From a virus, in UHGV virus genome UHGV-0277313: 64,000 bases of DNA; one strand, 5' to 3'. The position numbers were made by a program, and so were the translations under genes. Positions within the stretch are counted from its first letter, which is position 1. Each line of letters starts with the position of its first letter. Shown here in pieces: positions 18,237-26,399 of this stretch. The notes under the pieces were generated by a model. It worked only from the letters and a program-made list of their open reading frames with translations. It did not search any database and had not been told where the DNA came from.

Positions 18237-18718
18237 TTTATATTTGTTTAGATAACTGAGTTATTTTATCGCAGTTTATTGTTTTAGACTCAAGTTCTAA
18301 ACATTTCAGATCGAATCTGAATGCTGCTTCTAATTCAATCCTTTATTCAAGGATTGTTTCCGGTGATTCGCGATAGTCAGTACCGGTACAAAATCTGACA
18401 TCTAGATAAATTGAAATATGTTTATCTGTTAGGTTCCTAAAACCTATCATCAAAATTTAGGCGTCAAGATTGTTTCTTGCAGGTTTCTTGTTCACCTGAC
18501 AAAATGAACAAGCAGTGCAAACGCTGTAGAATCGTTGGCGGGTTTGTCGTTGCCCATATACCGACCAGAAATGATACTTGCTGATATTCTGATAGAAGTT
18601 CCGCTAGACTGATGATCTTCATGTAAAGTGTGTCAAGCTTTACATTATGACATTCTTAATTGAATGCTGTCAAAGGTTTTGTGTATTGTACCTGCGTAGC
18701 AAAACAATACACTTTTAA

Positions 18719-18794
18719 GCCGAAATAGCACAGTTGGTAGTGCAGTTGATTTGTAATCATCAGGTCGTGGGTTCAAATCCCTCTTTCGGCACCA
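18719..18794 (+). tRNA. tRNA-Thr (anticodon TGT)
   Basis: acceptor gccgaaa/tttcggc, D-stem gcac/gtgc, anticodon loop ttTGTaa, CCA encoded; one mismatch each in anticodon and T stems. Confidence 0.6.
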
Positions 18795-19005
18795 GTTTAT
18801 TTAGGTGTTTTGCAAAGTTTAATCTCATTCGCTCGTTAAACTTTCCTTTCAAAATTCTCATCATCTCCAATTTTGATAAATGCAAAACAGTTCAATTCGT
18901 TTGTTTACCTTCACGTGGTTTTGAATGTAAGTAACTTAAGGTTTTTAACAACTGCCGTAGATCGTTTACTTAAGTGAAACTAAATAACAAACAATGCCCT
19001 TATGA

Positions 19006-19082
19006 TGGAATCGGTAGACATAACAGATTCAGAATCTGTTGGAATTACTTCCGTACCTGTTCGAGTCAGGTTAGGGGCACCA
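19006..19082 (+). tRNA. tRNA-Leu (anticodon CAG), class II
   Basis: acceptor gccctta/taggggc, anticodon stem acaga/tctgt with loop ttCAGaa, long variable arm, T-arm acctg-ttcgagt-caggt, A73, CCA. Confidence 0.7.
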
Positions 19083-19085
19083 TTT

Positions 19086-19179
19086 GGGTGGTTGGCAGAG
19101 TCTGGCTTATTGCAACGGTCTTGAAAACCGTCGAACATAGGAATATGTTCCGTGTGTTCAAATCACACACCACCCGCCA
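19086..19179 (+). tRNA. tRNA-Ser (anticodon TGA), class II
   Basis: acceptor gggtggt/accaccc, anticodon stem acggt/accgt with loop ctTGAaa, long variable arm, T-arm gtgtg-ttcaaat-cacac, G73, CCA. Confidence 0.7.
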
Positions 19180-19185
19180 ATTTAT

Positions 19186-19279
19186 ACCCCGTTGTAGTCA
19201 TGGTGACCATCAATTGAATGCCTATAGCTCCAGTCAATTGGTACGGGAATGCTGTTCGAATCAGTCTACGGGGTGCCAA
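19186..19279 (+). ncRNA. tRNA-like element, fold unresolved
   Basis: acceptor accccgt/acggggt + g + CCA and T-loop ttcgaat present, but D and anticodon arms could not be folded by eye. Confidence 0.3.
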
Positions 19280-19351
19280 TTTTTTAAACAAGCCTTTACA
19301 CGCGTCATGATGACGATAGTCCAATATACATTTGAAGGCTTTTTTAAAAAT

Positions 19352-19444
19352 TGGAAAATGACTGAGTGGTTATAAGGTGGGTGACTTGGCGAAGTGCCAA
19401 TTAACTTAAAATGTTAAGACGTAGGTTCGAATCCTGCTTTTCCA
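19352..19444 (+). ncRNA. tRNA-like element (class-II-like), anticodon arm non-canonical
   Basis: perfect acceptor tggaaaa/ttttcca, D-loop agtggtta, T-arm gtagg-ttcgaat-cctgc; candidate anticodon stem ttggc/gccaa has only a 5-nt loop; no CCA encoded. Confidence 0.3.
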
Positions 19445-19480
19445 ATTTTTTCAATTTTCTTGAATTTTAAATAAGCGTAG

Positions 19481-19554
19481 CACAATGGTAGTGCATCGGT
19501 CTCCAAAACCGAGGATGAGAGTTCAATTCTTTCCGCTTATGCCATTTCCTACAT
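19481..19554 (+). tRNA. tRNA-Trp (anticodon CCA)
   Basis: acceptor ataagcg/cgcttat, D-stem gcac/gtgc, anticodon stem tcggt/accga with loop ctCCAaa, T-arm gagag-ttcaatt-ctttc, CCA. Confidence 0.65.
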
Positions 19555-19560
19555 TTTTAA

Positions 19561-19637
19561 CGGGGTTTAGCGCAGTCTGGTAGCGCGCCTGCCTTGGGAG
19601 CAGGAGGTCGAGTGTTCGAGTCACTCAATCCCGACCA
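19561..19637 (+). tRNA. tRNA-Pro (anticodon TGG)
   Basis: acceptor cggggtt/aatcccg, anticodon stem cctgc/gcagg with loop ctTGGga, CCA. Confidence 0.65.
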
Positions 19638-20587
19638 TATTAAGAATTCAGGTGAAAGCTAGTGAGTAACCTGTATCGTTTAACCCCACTGTGCGTCAAC
19701 AGGGTTTTGTACAGACAAAAATGAAACTGTATCGGGACGGAAAGTGTCCGATTATGCCGAAATGCCGACGGGCAAATCGTAAAGTTGTGGACCCGGTGGA
19801 CCACATTAAAAACCCACCTACCGTTTCCTTTGAAAAAACAAGGATTGTAAGATTGGATGATTTAGACTTATGATGAAACAGAATTAGGTTTTATTGATTA
19901 AGCATCAAATAAATCTTTGGTTCGTTCGGGACTTAGTCCGCACATTGAGGGATTAACGTCAGGTTAATGTACTTAGTAAGCCAAAGATGAATTGAAAAAT
20001 TCTGATATAAAACGTATTTTGGTTTTATAAATGTTCTTTTGGTGCTTAATCAATAGAAAATGGAGCATATTGTAATTTCTGAGAATGATATCTAATTAGA
20101 AATGAAAATACCCTAGGGTTCGGTTGAATATGTGATAGAACTCACCATTTCCTTTGAAAAACAAGGATTAAGAGCAAGGATTGCCCTGAGATATTATGAA
20201 GGCGTATTATGAGGAAAAGAAACATAATGTGCTTTTATAATAAAATAAGGGTGTGGTTTAATTATATAGGGTAAATTGGTTCTTTTCCAACTCATTTATT
20301 ACTAGGATTAAAATCAGGTAGTGTATCCTGCCTCGTCCTTTTAAAAATTCCTTTGAAAAACAAGGATTGAAGTTTGCATTTGGTGTAACTTTGGTTAAAT
20401 AGTCTTAAGCCTATGCGCAAGGTGTTTTAAGAAACGTTTGACGGGGGGCTATAGCAGATTCTAGAGGCTGTAAATAGTTTGTAGCATACTTAGAGTGGAT
20501 TTTAAGAGGTTATGTGTGAATCATAGGTGCAAAAATAAATTTTTAAATAAAGTAATCATTTAGATGTGATTACACTATTTGTCAGGC

Positions 20588-20620
20588 TGTTCGAGTGTTC
20601 GAGTCACTCAATCATGACTA
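20588..20620 (+). repeat. duplicated 3' fragment of tRNA-Pro
   Basis: ctgttcgagtgttcgagtcactcaatc matches 23 nt of the tRNA-Pro 3' half (19612-19634). Confidence 0.5.
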
Positions 20621-20625
20621 ACTAT

Positions 20626-20700
20626 TCCGTGATAGCTCAATGGTAGAGCAATCGGCTGTTAACCGATTGGTTGTAGGTTCGAATCCTACTCACGGAGCCA
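20626..20700 (+). tRNA. tRNA-Asn (anticodon GTT)
   Basis: acceptor tccgtga/tcacgga, anticodon stem atcgg/ccgat with loop ctGTTaa, T-arm gtagg-ttcgaat-cctac, CCA. Confidence 0.7.
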
Positions 20701-21114
20701 TTGATATCTTATAAATGTTTTGGTTCGTGTGTGTGGTTCCAATTAATCAAAAAATGCACTGCTTGAGCTTAATCGGGCTGTAATTAAGTAACCTTTGGAA
20801 GACGTGGTTCGACTTCCCCTATAGAGGTGATATCGGTGAATGTCCTCGGCTCTTTCCTTCAAGAGTGGCGTAAATGTAAGTAACGATTACAAAAGGATGA
20901 TGACAATAATTTGTCCGTGAGTGATTCCCAAAAGAAGTACGTTAAGCTTCTAAACTTTAAAACATTTCTTTGAGTGCTAACATGCTCAATGAAACAAGGT
21001 TTTAACAGTTTCCTTGTAAATCTTAAACTGTCATAGTGCTTCATCTTATAAAGGTTTTTTGTTGTAATTCCAAAGATGAAGTTTGTTTTTTAAACTGAAC
21101 TAAGAGGTCTGGAA

Positions 21115-21462
21115 ATGATCGTTAAAAAAATAACAGAACGTACCGTTTATCCGTCGTCATATGAATCTTTATCTTTGCCAGAAAAGAGCGATATTGATTC
21201 ATTTATTAAGCAGTCAATTAAGGTTGCTTATAAGGCAGGAAAAACATTTCGTGTAGGTGATTATGTTGGAAGGAAAGCTTTTCCTGATTGGTCAAATACA
21301 CCTTTGGATCCGATTTATCAATATCATAAAAGAATTGGTACAACTGATCCAACGAAACAGGCAGGTATTGATGTAGGTCATCTGTTTAAAAATGCAATGG
21401 ATGAAAGTCCATTTTGTTTTGAAATTCATAAAGGGCATGTAAATTACTATACGCCTGTTTAA
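21115..21462 (+). CDS. hypothetical protein embedded in tRNA island
   Basis: 115 aa ORF with SD agaggt 8 nt upstream. Confidence 0.5.
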   Translation: MIVKKITERTVYPSSYESLSLPEKSDIDSFIKQSIKVAYKAGKTFRVGDYVGRKAFPDWSNTPLDPIYQYHKRIGTTDPTKQAGIDVGHLFKNAMDESPFCFEIHKGHVNYYTPV

Positions 21463-21545
21463 ACAGTGTGAGTTTGATGCAACAGCGTTTATTCCTAACG
21501 CAAATTCCATTCTTTTCAGTTCTGTGGTTGCTAAAACTGAATAAT

Positions 21546-21632
21546 GCACTTGTGGTGGAATAGGTAGACACGCAAGCTTGAGGTGCTTGTGAAAGAAATT
21601 TCGTGCTTGTTCGAGTCAAGTCAGGTGCACCA
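21546..21632 (+). tRNA. tRNA-Leu (anticodon GAG), class II
   Basis: acceptor gcacttg/caggtgc, anticodon stem caagc/gcttg with loop ttGAGgt, long variable arm, A73, CCA. Confidence 0.65.
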
Positions 21633-22726
21633 GTTTAGCAACACGAGAGACCAGCTTCCTTGTTTCTTGTTTGTTGCCAGCCAATCGACGAAGGCTGTAG
21701 TTACAGATTTCTGGTTTTCGGTGAAATCGAAAAGTCAAATAACAATCAGTTTATTTGGCTGGTTGTTTCATAATAGGTTGCGGGTGATGAACCGATCCTT
21801 TCTATAAAAAGTAAGGGTGGGCTAATAAAATGCTTCCTTGATTGGAAGTTAAGCAAATCGATGGTTATCATCTTCAATCCCGCAATCGCGATTGTAATTT
21901 TATCGTCCCACCTTTATTTTACAAGTTTCTTGGTTTTGCTAAGCTTATTTAAAGGGCTTAGAGACCTTTTATCGCGGATTAGTGAAATGGTATCTTAAAA
22001 CTTCACACAAACCAGAGAAAAATAATGCAAGGTGAATAAAATTTTTCTTGCTTTTAGATTCTGGTTATGTTACTTTGATTAAGTTGATGGCGGATATGAG
22101 ATATTAAAGCTGTGCCATATATTTCTGGTAATGTCCGTTATTGATACCAGTCTTTGGTGGTTATCAGATATGCCCCAATATGAGTAAGGCTATTGATTGG
22201 TTACTTTGATTGGCATTTGAAAATACCGTAAGTTGTTCGGCAATGTGTGCGACAGTAACTGAGTTTAACCACATCAGGAGAGATGAGCTTGCTCATCGAT
22301 ATAGTCCCTGATACTGGAAAAGCCGATTTCATTGGTTTTCATTGAAATTGGTAACTATCACATTAGGCTCTTACCTTAAAATTACCAGTTCGAGTCTGGT
22401 GTCCGCCCCCAATTCAATTCCTTACATGGAATTGTTTCTGGTAAGTTCGCGCGATAGTCAGTACCAGAACCTAAACCTGACAAAGTCTTAGCATTGACTT
22501 TAAACTGCTTAACCTTATGCATAGAGATAGGATAAATGCTTCAGACTTTAAGCTGTCATCTTAAAGGGCTTTGCAAATTTACCGTAAATTGCCAGAAAAG
22601 AAGAGGCTGTGATAGTGTCTAGAATTCTTCCGATTGTGAGTTCGATAATCTCATAGATTTGACCGTCCATCACTTTTAAAGTGGCTCTCTTAGCTGGTTC
22701 TGAGTGGTCATAAAACCAGCTTTAAT

Positions 22727-22803
22727 GATTCCATAGCTCAACTGGATAGAGCCACAGACTTCTAATCTGTAGGTTGCAAGTTCAAGTCTTGCTGGGATCG
22801 CCA
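22727..22803 (+). tRNA. tRNA-Arg (anticodon TCT)
   Basis: acceptor gattcca/tgggatc, D-stem gctc/gagc, anticodon stem acaga/tctgt with loop ctTCTaa, T-arm gcaag-ttcaagt-cttgc, CCA. Confidence 0.7.
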
Positions 22804-23104
22804 AAGTTTCTTTTTGTGATGATCTTACCTTTCGGGTCATCACCAGCCAATAAGCGAAGGCTGATGTTACAACTTTCTCAAGTGTGAAAGTGCAGAGCTT
22901 GTTCGTGGATAAGGTTATTGCTTATTCCATACTATGTATGACAGGTTTTCCTTTGCTCCTTTAAAAATCGATCAATGAAGGTGTCAGCAGAATGCTTGTA
23001 TGTACTACAAGTTAAGCCTTCGTAAAAAGGAAGAAACATTGCTTTAGCATGCCTGTCATAGCGATGGTAATTTTGCCATCCCTTCATTGATCGTGAATAT
23101 TATT

Positions 23105-23178
23105 TTCGGGATCGACTAAAGGTAGGTCAACACACTTTGACTGTGTTAATGTTGGTTCAAATCCAGCTCCCGAAACCA
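23105..23178 (+). tRNA. tRNA-Gln (anticodon TTG)
   Basis: acceptor ttcggga/tcccgaa perfect, anticodon stem acaca/tgtgt with loop ctTTGac, T-arm ttggt-tcaaatc?-cagct approximate, CCA. Confidence 0.6.
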
Positions 23179-23251
23179 ATTTTTAATTATTCCTTGATTT
23201 GTAGTCAGTTTGATTAAAGATCGAGGAATTTTTAATTTGTGGAGAAATAAA

Positions 23252-23503
23252 ATGAGAAAAAAGAAAATAGTAAAGAAACGTGACTTGATAGCAAAAGATT
23301 TAATGACAAATAAATATCGACAACGGATAGTTCCAAATAAGAAAAAGAAATTAAAGAAGTTTGATTGGAAAAAACAAAAAGGCGATAACAGAATCATTGA
23401 TATGGTTGATGATTCTGTTATCGCCTTTTTTATTTATTTGAATCCACGTTTTAAAAATGTGTTGAATGCTTTTTGTTTTTCTTTTTTATTCTTAATAAAA
23501 TAA
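23252..23503 (+). CDS. small Lys-rich ORF (doubtful)
   Basis: ATG with SD ggagaaataaa, but reading frame runs through the strong terminator hairpin at 23381-23425. Confidence 0.25.
   Translation: MRKKKIVKKRDLIAKDLMTNKYRQRIVPNKKKKLKKFDWKKQKGDNRIIDMVDDSVIAFFIYLNPRFKNVLNAFCFSFLFLIK
23381..23436 (+). terminator. rho-independent terminator closing the tRNA island
   Basis: long stem ggcgataacagaatcat...atgattctgttatcgcc followed by tttttt. Confidence 0.65.
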
Positions 23504-23531
23504 AGAACTGAAATCTGTTTGATGGATAAGT

Positions 23532-24824
23532 CTAATCTTCACCATTGGCATAAACAAAAAAGAAGCCAGGCTGTATTTGTGTAGTAGTATATGTTGCCGT
23601 TGAGTCTATACCTAAAATCATAACATCACCTTTTAAAACCGGCAACAAAACACAAATTTCAGCGTTATTACCGTTTGCTTTGCTTATTGATTTTGTATGT
23701 TTACTTCTCACTTCAAAAACAATCCATGATCCTTCTTTTGAACATATAAAATCACCAGTAAACATTCCGTTCGCAGGTGCAAGATAACGTGTACCATTTG
23801 TTCCTAAAGTCAATTGAATATATTTTCCTGAAGGCATTGCCATGCCAGATATATCTGAACGTGTATATGTATTAATTGGTGGTGTTATAGAAGGTTCAAA
23901 AGAAGTAATGTTAAATGCACTATTTGTTGAAATATCATTAGCTATAATAATTTCTCTTGATTTGCCATAAACACCAGCGCCATTGCTTCTAAATGTTTCA
24001 TTTGTTTTTGGTTTGTACCAAACGGAATCATCTGAAACTGGTTGATTATTTTGTATAAAATATTTTCCAGTTCGAATCAGAATACCTTGATCGTTTATTG
24101 ACAATGGTTGTCTATCTGGATCTTTGATTTGGTATGAATAACTGGTTAATGAAACCTTATCAAATGTTTTTGTTATTGATTTATATGTCCCATCTTCATT
24201 CAGACCGTCAGCGAATTGATATTTTACACCAGGTAACGCAAATGCAGTTGAACCGATATATCCAAATCCGTTAAAGATTTGATCAACAGAAACTATATTA
24301 TTACCTGTTGTGGCGCTGTTTGTGCAAATACAAATTGGGAGACTCATAGTAACTGATAACGAACCGTCGTTATATGATTCCATTTTATTTGTTGTTAAAT
24401 TGTAAAAAGCTCCAGTATAATTGTCAGGTACTGTTTTACCGGAATTATTGTTTCCTCTTCTGAATAAACCATTACCATTAGATGAAACAAAAAGAGGAAG
24501 TGTTAATGCGGTGGAAGTTGGCTCTGTATATGTTAAATCTTTTGTTAATATAATAATGTCAAATTTTCTTGTGATACCATCAGTTTCAAATCCATTAGGA
24601 ATATAAACTTTAGTTCCAGCTTTGATTGTTATAACACCATTATTTAGTTCCGCTTTAACAGTTTGCGGAATTTCAAGAATTCGATTGGTTGTATAATTGA
24701 TTACGTTAGTTTTTAATTTATTATCAACGTTATCATTAGTTGAATAATCACCAACATTTTGTTTATTTTGTAATGTTTGTGGCAATTGATTTACTGTTGT
24801 TTGTTTAACTGTATAGCTTGACAT
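23532..24824 (-). CDS. tail fiber / receptor-binding-like protein, paralog 1
   Basis: 430 aa; N-term MSSYTVKQTTVNQL...NRILEIPQTVKAELNNGVITIKAGTKVYIPNG shared with 59746-60945 and 63717->. Confidence 0.65.
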   Translation of the reverse strand: MSSYTVKQTTVNQLPQTLQNKQNVGDYSTNDNVDNKLKTNVINYTTNRILEIPQTVKAELNNGVITIKAGTKVYIPNGFETDGITRKFDIIILTKDLTYTEPTSTALTLPLFVSSNGNGLFRRGNNNSGKTVPDNYTGAFYNLTTNKMESYNDGSLSVTMSLPICICTNSATTGNNIVSVDQIFNGFGYIGSTAFALPGVKYQFADGLNEDGTYKSITKTFDKVSLTSYSYQIKDPDRQPLSINDQGILIRTGKYFIQNNQPVSDDSVWYKPKTNETFRSNGAGVYGKSREIIIANDISTNSAFNITSFEPSITPPINTYTRSDISGMAMPSGKYIQLTLGTNGTRYLAPANGMFTGDFICSKEGSWIVFEVRSKHTKSISKANGNNAEICVLLPVLKGDVMILGIDSTATYTTTQIQPGFFFVYANGED

Positions 24825-24867
24825 TTGTATTGCCTTTCATGACTAATGATATTTAAAGAACATCAAG

Positions 24868-24916
24868 TCGTACGAATAGTTTTTCTAAATCACTTTTTAT
24901 AAAAATACTCGTACGA
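24868..24916. promoter_or_regulatory. pair of TCGTACGA palindromic motifs in divergent intergenic region
   Basis: aagTCGTACGAatag at 24868 and ctcGTACGAttcgacgttcttaaattatag at 24909, between fiber (-) and gly-rich (+) genes. Confidence 0.45.
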
Positions 24917-24957
24917 TTCGACGTTCTTAAATTATAGTTAATGATGCAGGTGTTGTA

Positions 24958-25614
24958 ATGACTATTTATAAAGGTTCACAAAAAGTAAAGCAGATTGCCA
25001 GTAAAAATAAATCTGTTAAAAGGATTTATTGTGGAACGAAATTAATATTTGGAACAAAAGCCAGTAAATTATTGGTTTATACAACATCTGGTTCAATAAC
25101 GATACCTAATAATACAATATCATGTATAGTTCATGTTGTTGGAAGTGGTGGAAGTTCTGGTGGTACTAATCCATATGCTCATGAACTTCATTGTGCATCT
25201 GGTGGTGGGTCAGCAGGATATTCACGAAAACAATATAATTCTAGCCTATCTGGACAAACTATCAATTTTACAGTAGGTCAACCTATATCGTCATATTGCC
25301 AAAATGGTCAAAATTCATCTTTTCTTGCTCAAATCGGTGGAATGGGTTTTGCAGGAATAGCTGCAACAGGCGGTGCATCTCAACCTGGTGGAGTCGGCGG
25401 TGCAGCTTCAGGAGGTGATGTTAATACAAATGGTTCACAAGGAGAGCAAGGTTGCTGGCTAGCTTGGGGCGGCGGCAGTGGTGGTCAAGGTAGAGGTGCA
25501 ACAGGTCATACAATAAATGGTGTTCAATATGGGTTTGGTGGAACATGTACTGGCGTAGGTTCCCCAACATCTGGTAGTGGTTGTGTCATCGTTGAGTTAA
25601 TTTATTGGGCATGA
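24958..25614 (+). CDS. glycine-rich structural protein (VVGGGG-motif family)
   Basis: 218 aa; N-term IYKGSQKV...IYCGTKLIFG, then HVVGSGGSSGG and Gly-rich body; divergent from fiber gene. Confidence 0.6.
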   Translation: MTIYKGSQKVKQIASKNKSVKRIYCGTKLIFGTKASKLLVYTTSGSITIPNNTISCIVHVVGSGGSSGGTNPYAHELHCASGGGSAGYSRKQYNSSLSGQTINFTVGQPISSYCQNGQNSSFLAQIGGMGFAGIAATGGASQPGGVGGAASGGDVNTNGSQGEQGCWLAWGGGSGGQGRGATGHTINGVQYGFGGTCTGVGSPTSGSGCVIVELIYWA

Positions 25615-25693
25615 TTCTTTACTTTTTTAGTTGATTATTTTTAATGATTATGTTAATGTAAATCCATTGTTTGAGAATTAGAAGGAGAGAACA

Positions 25694-25993
25694 GTGGACT
25701 TTACTTTGGCTGCTATGGCAAGTGTTCCATATTCTGCTAACAAGTTGTTTTTATTAGCAACTTGTTTGGTATCGTGTATTTATTCAACGGTTTATTTAAT
25801 ACACTCCAAAGATAAACTAGTTACAGAAAGTAACTATAAATTTCTTTTATGTATTTTAATAGTAGCAATCGTCGATGCAACTTTTATTTTCTTGTGCTGG
25901 GATAGGTTGACTTTTGATGAAATATGTGGAATGTTTATATGTGCACCTATTGTTTATTTGATCACATCTGTGTTAAAAAAGGTTAATAAATGA
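25694..25993 (+). CDS. membrane protein (3 predicted TM segments)
   Basis: 99 aa hydrophobic ORF with SD aaggagag. Confidence 0.5.
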   Translation: MDFTLAAMASVPYSANKLFLLATCLVSCIYSTVYLIHSKDKLVTESNYKFLLCILIVAIVDATFIFLCWDRLTFDEICGMFICAPIVYLITSVLKKVNK

Positions 25994-26346
25994 AACATTT
26001 TTATTGGTATGGTGGTTATATTAAAAATAAAAAGCAATATCAACGTGTTGAATTCATAATTGCACAAGAAGATAAAAAACTGTATCAGTTCGTTGATTAC
26101 AAACTTTTTAAAGAGATTAAAACTGAAACAAAAGATATTTGGAAAAACGCATCTAAATTAATTCAGGAAGCAGGACATTGGAGTGATGAAGCGGATGCGG
26201 CTTTAGCCTTTAATGGTTATTTGTGGTCTGAAATAACAGAACAAGAATTTAAAGAAATCTATCAGACAGGGACTGTTGAGGAAAAAGACTTGCGAATGAT
26301 TTATTTGCAGTGGCTAAAGGATACAGGAATTAACAGAATCAGATGA
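25990..26346 (+). CDS. hypothetical protein
   Basis: 118 aa ORF overlapping previous stop (ATGA). Confidence 0.5.
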   Translation: MKHFYWYGGYIKNKKQYQRVEFIIAQEDKKLYQFVDYKLFKEIKTETKDIWKNASKLIQEAGHWSDEADAALAFNGYLWSEITEQEFKEIYQTGTVEEKDLRMIYLQWLKDTGINRIR

Positions 26347-26399
26347 TAAAAGTTTATAAGACCAAATTGAATTTAACATATAATTAGCGTAAGCAATTT

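Noticed and set aside
18734-19375. ORFs 18734-18934 and 18974-19375 (+)
   Set aside because: They overlap tRNA-Thr, tRNA-Leu(CAG), tRNA-Ser(TGA) and tRNA-like loci; GC-rich tRNA sequence generates open frames.
19691-19873. 60-aa ORF in structured non-coding region
   Set aside because: No SD, and it sits in a hairpin-dense GC-rich segment that is more plausibly RNA.
20859-21807. Short ORFs 20859-21044(-), 21292-21549(-), 21386-21619(-), 21583-21807(+)
   Set aside because: Overlapping or antisense to the 21115-21462 CDS and tRNA-Leu(GAG); no ribosome-binding sites.
22370-22415. Apparent tRNA 3' end (accag-ttcgagt-ctggt gtccgcc c cca)
   Set aside because: The T-arm and a CCA-like end are present, but no matching 5' acceptor strand or cloverleaf was found within 150 nt. 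It is possibly a 3' tRNA fragment or a tRNA interrupted by an intron. Not called as a tRNA gene.
23146-23397. 83-aa minus-strand ORF
   Set aside because: Antisense across tRNA-Gln and the island terminator.
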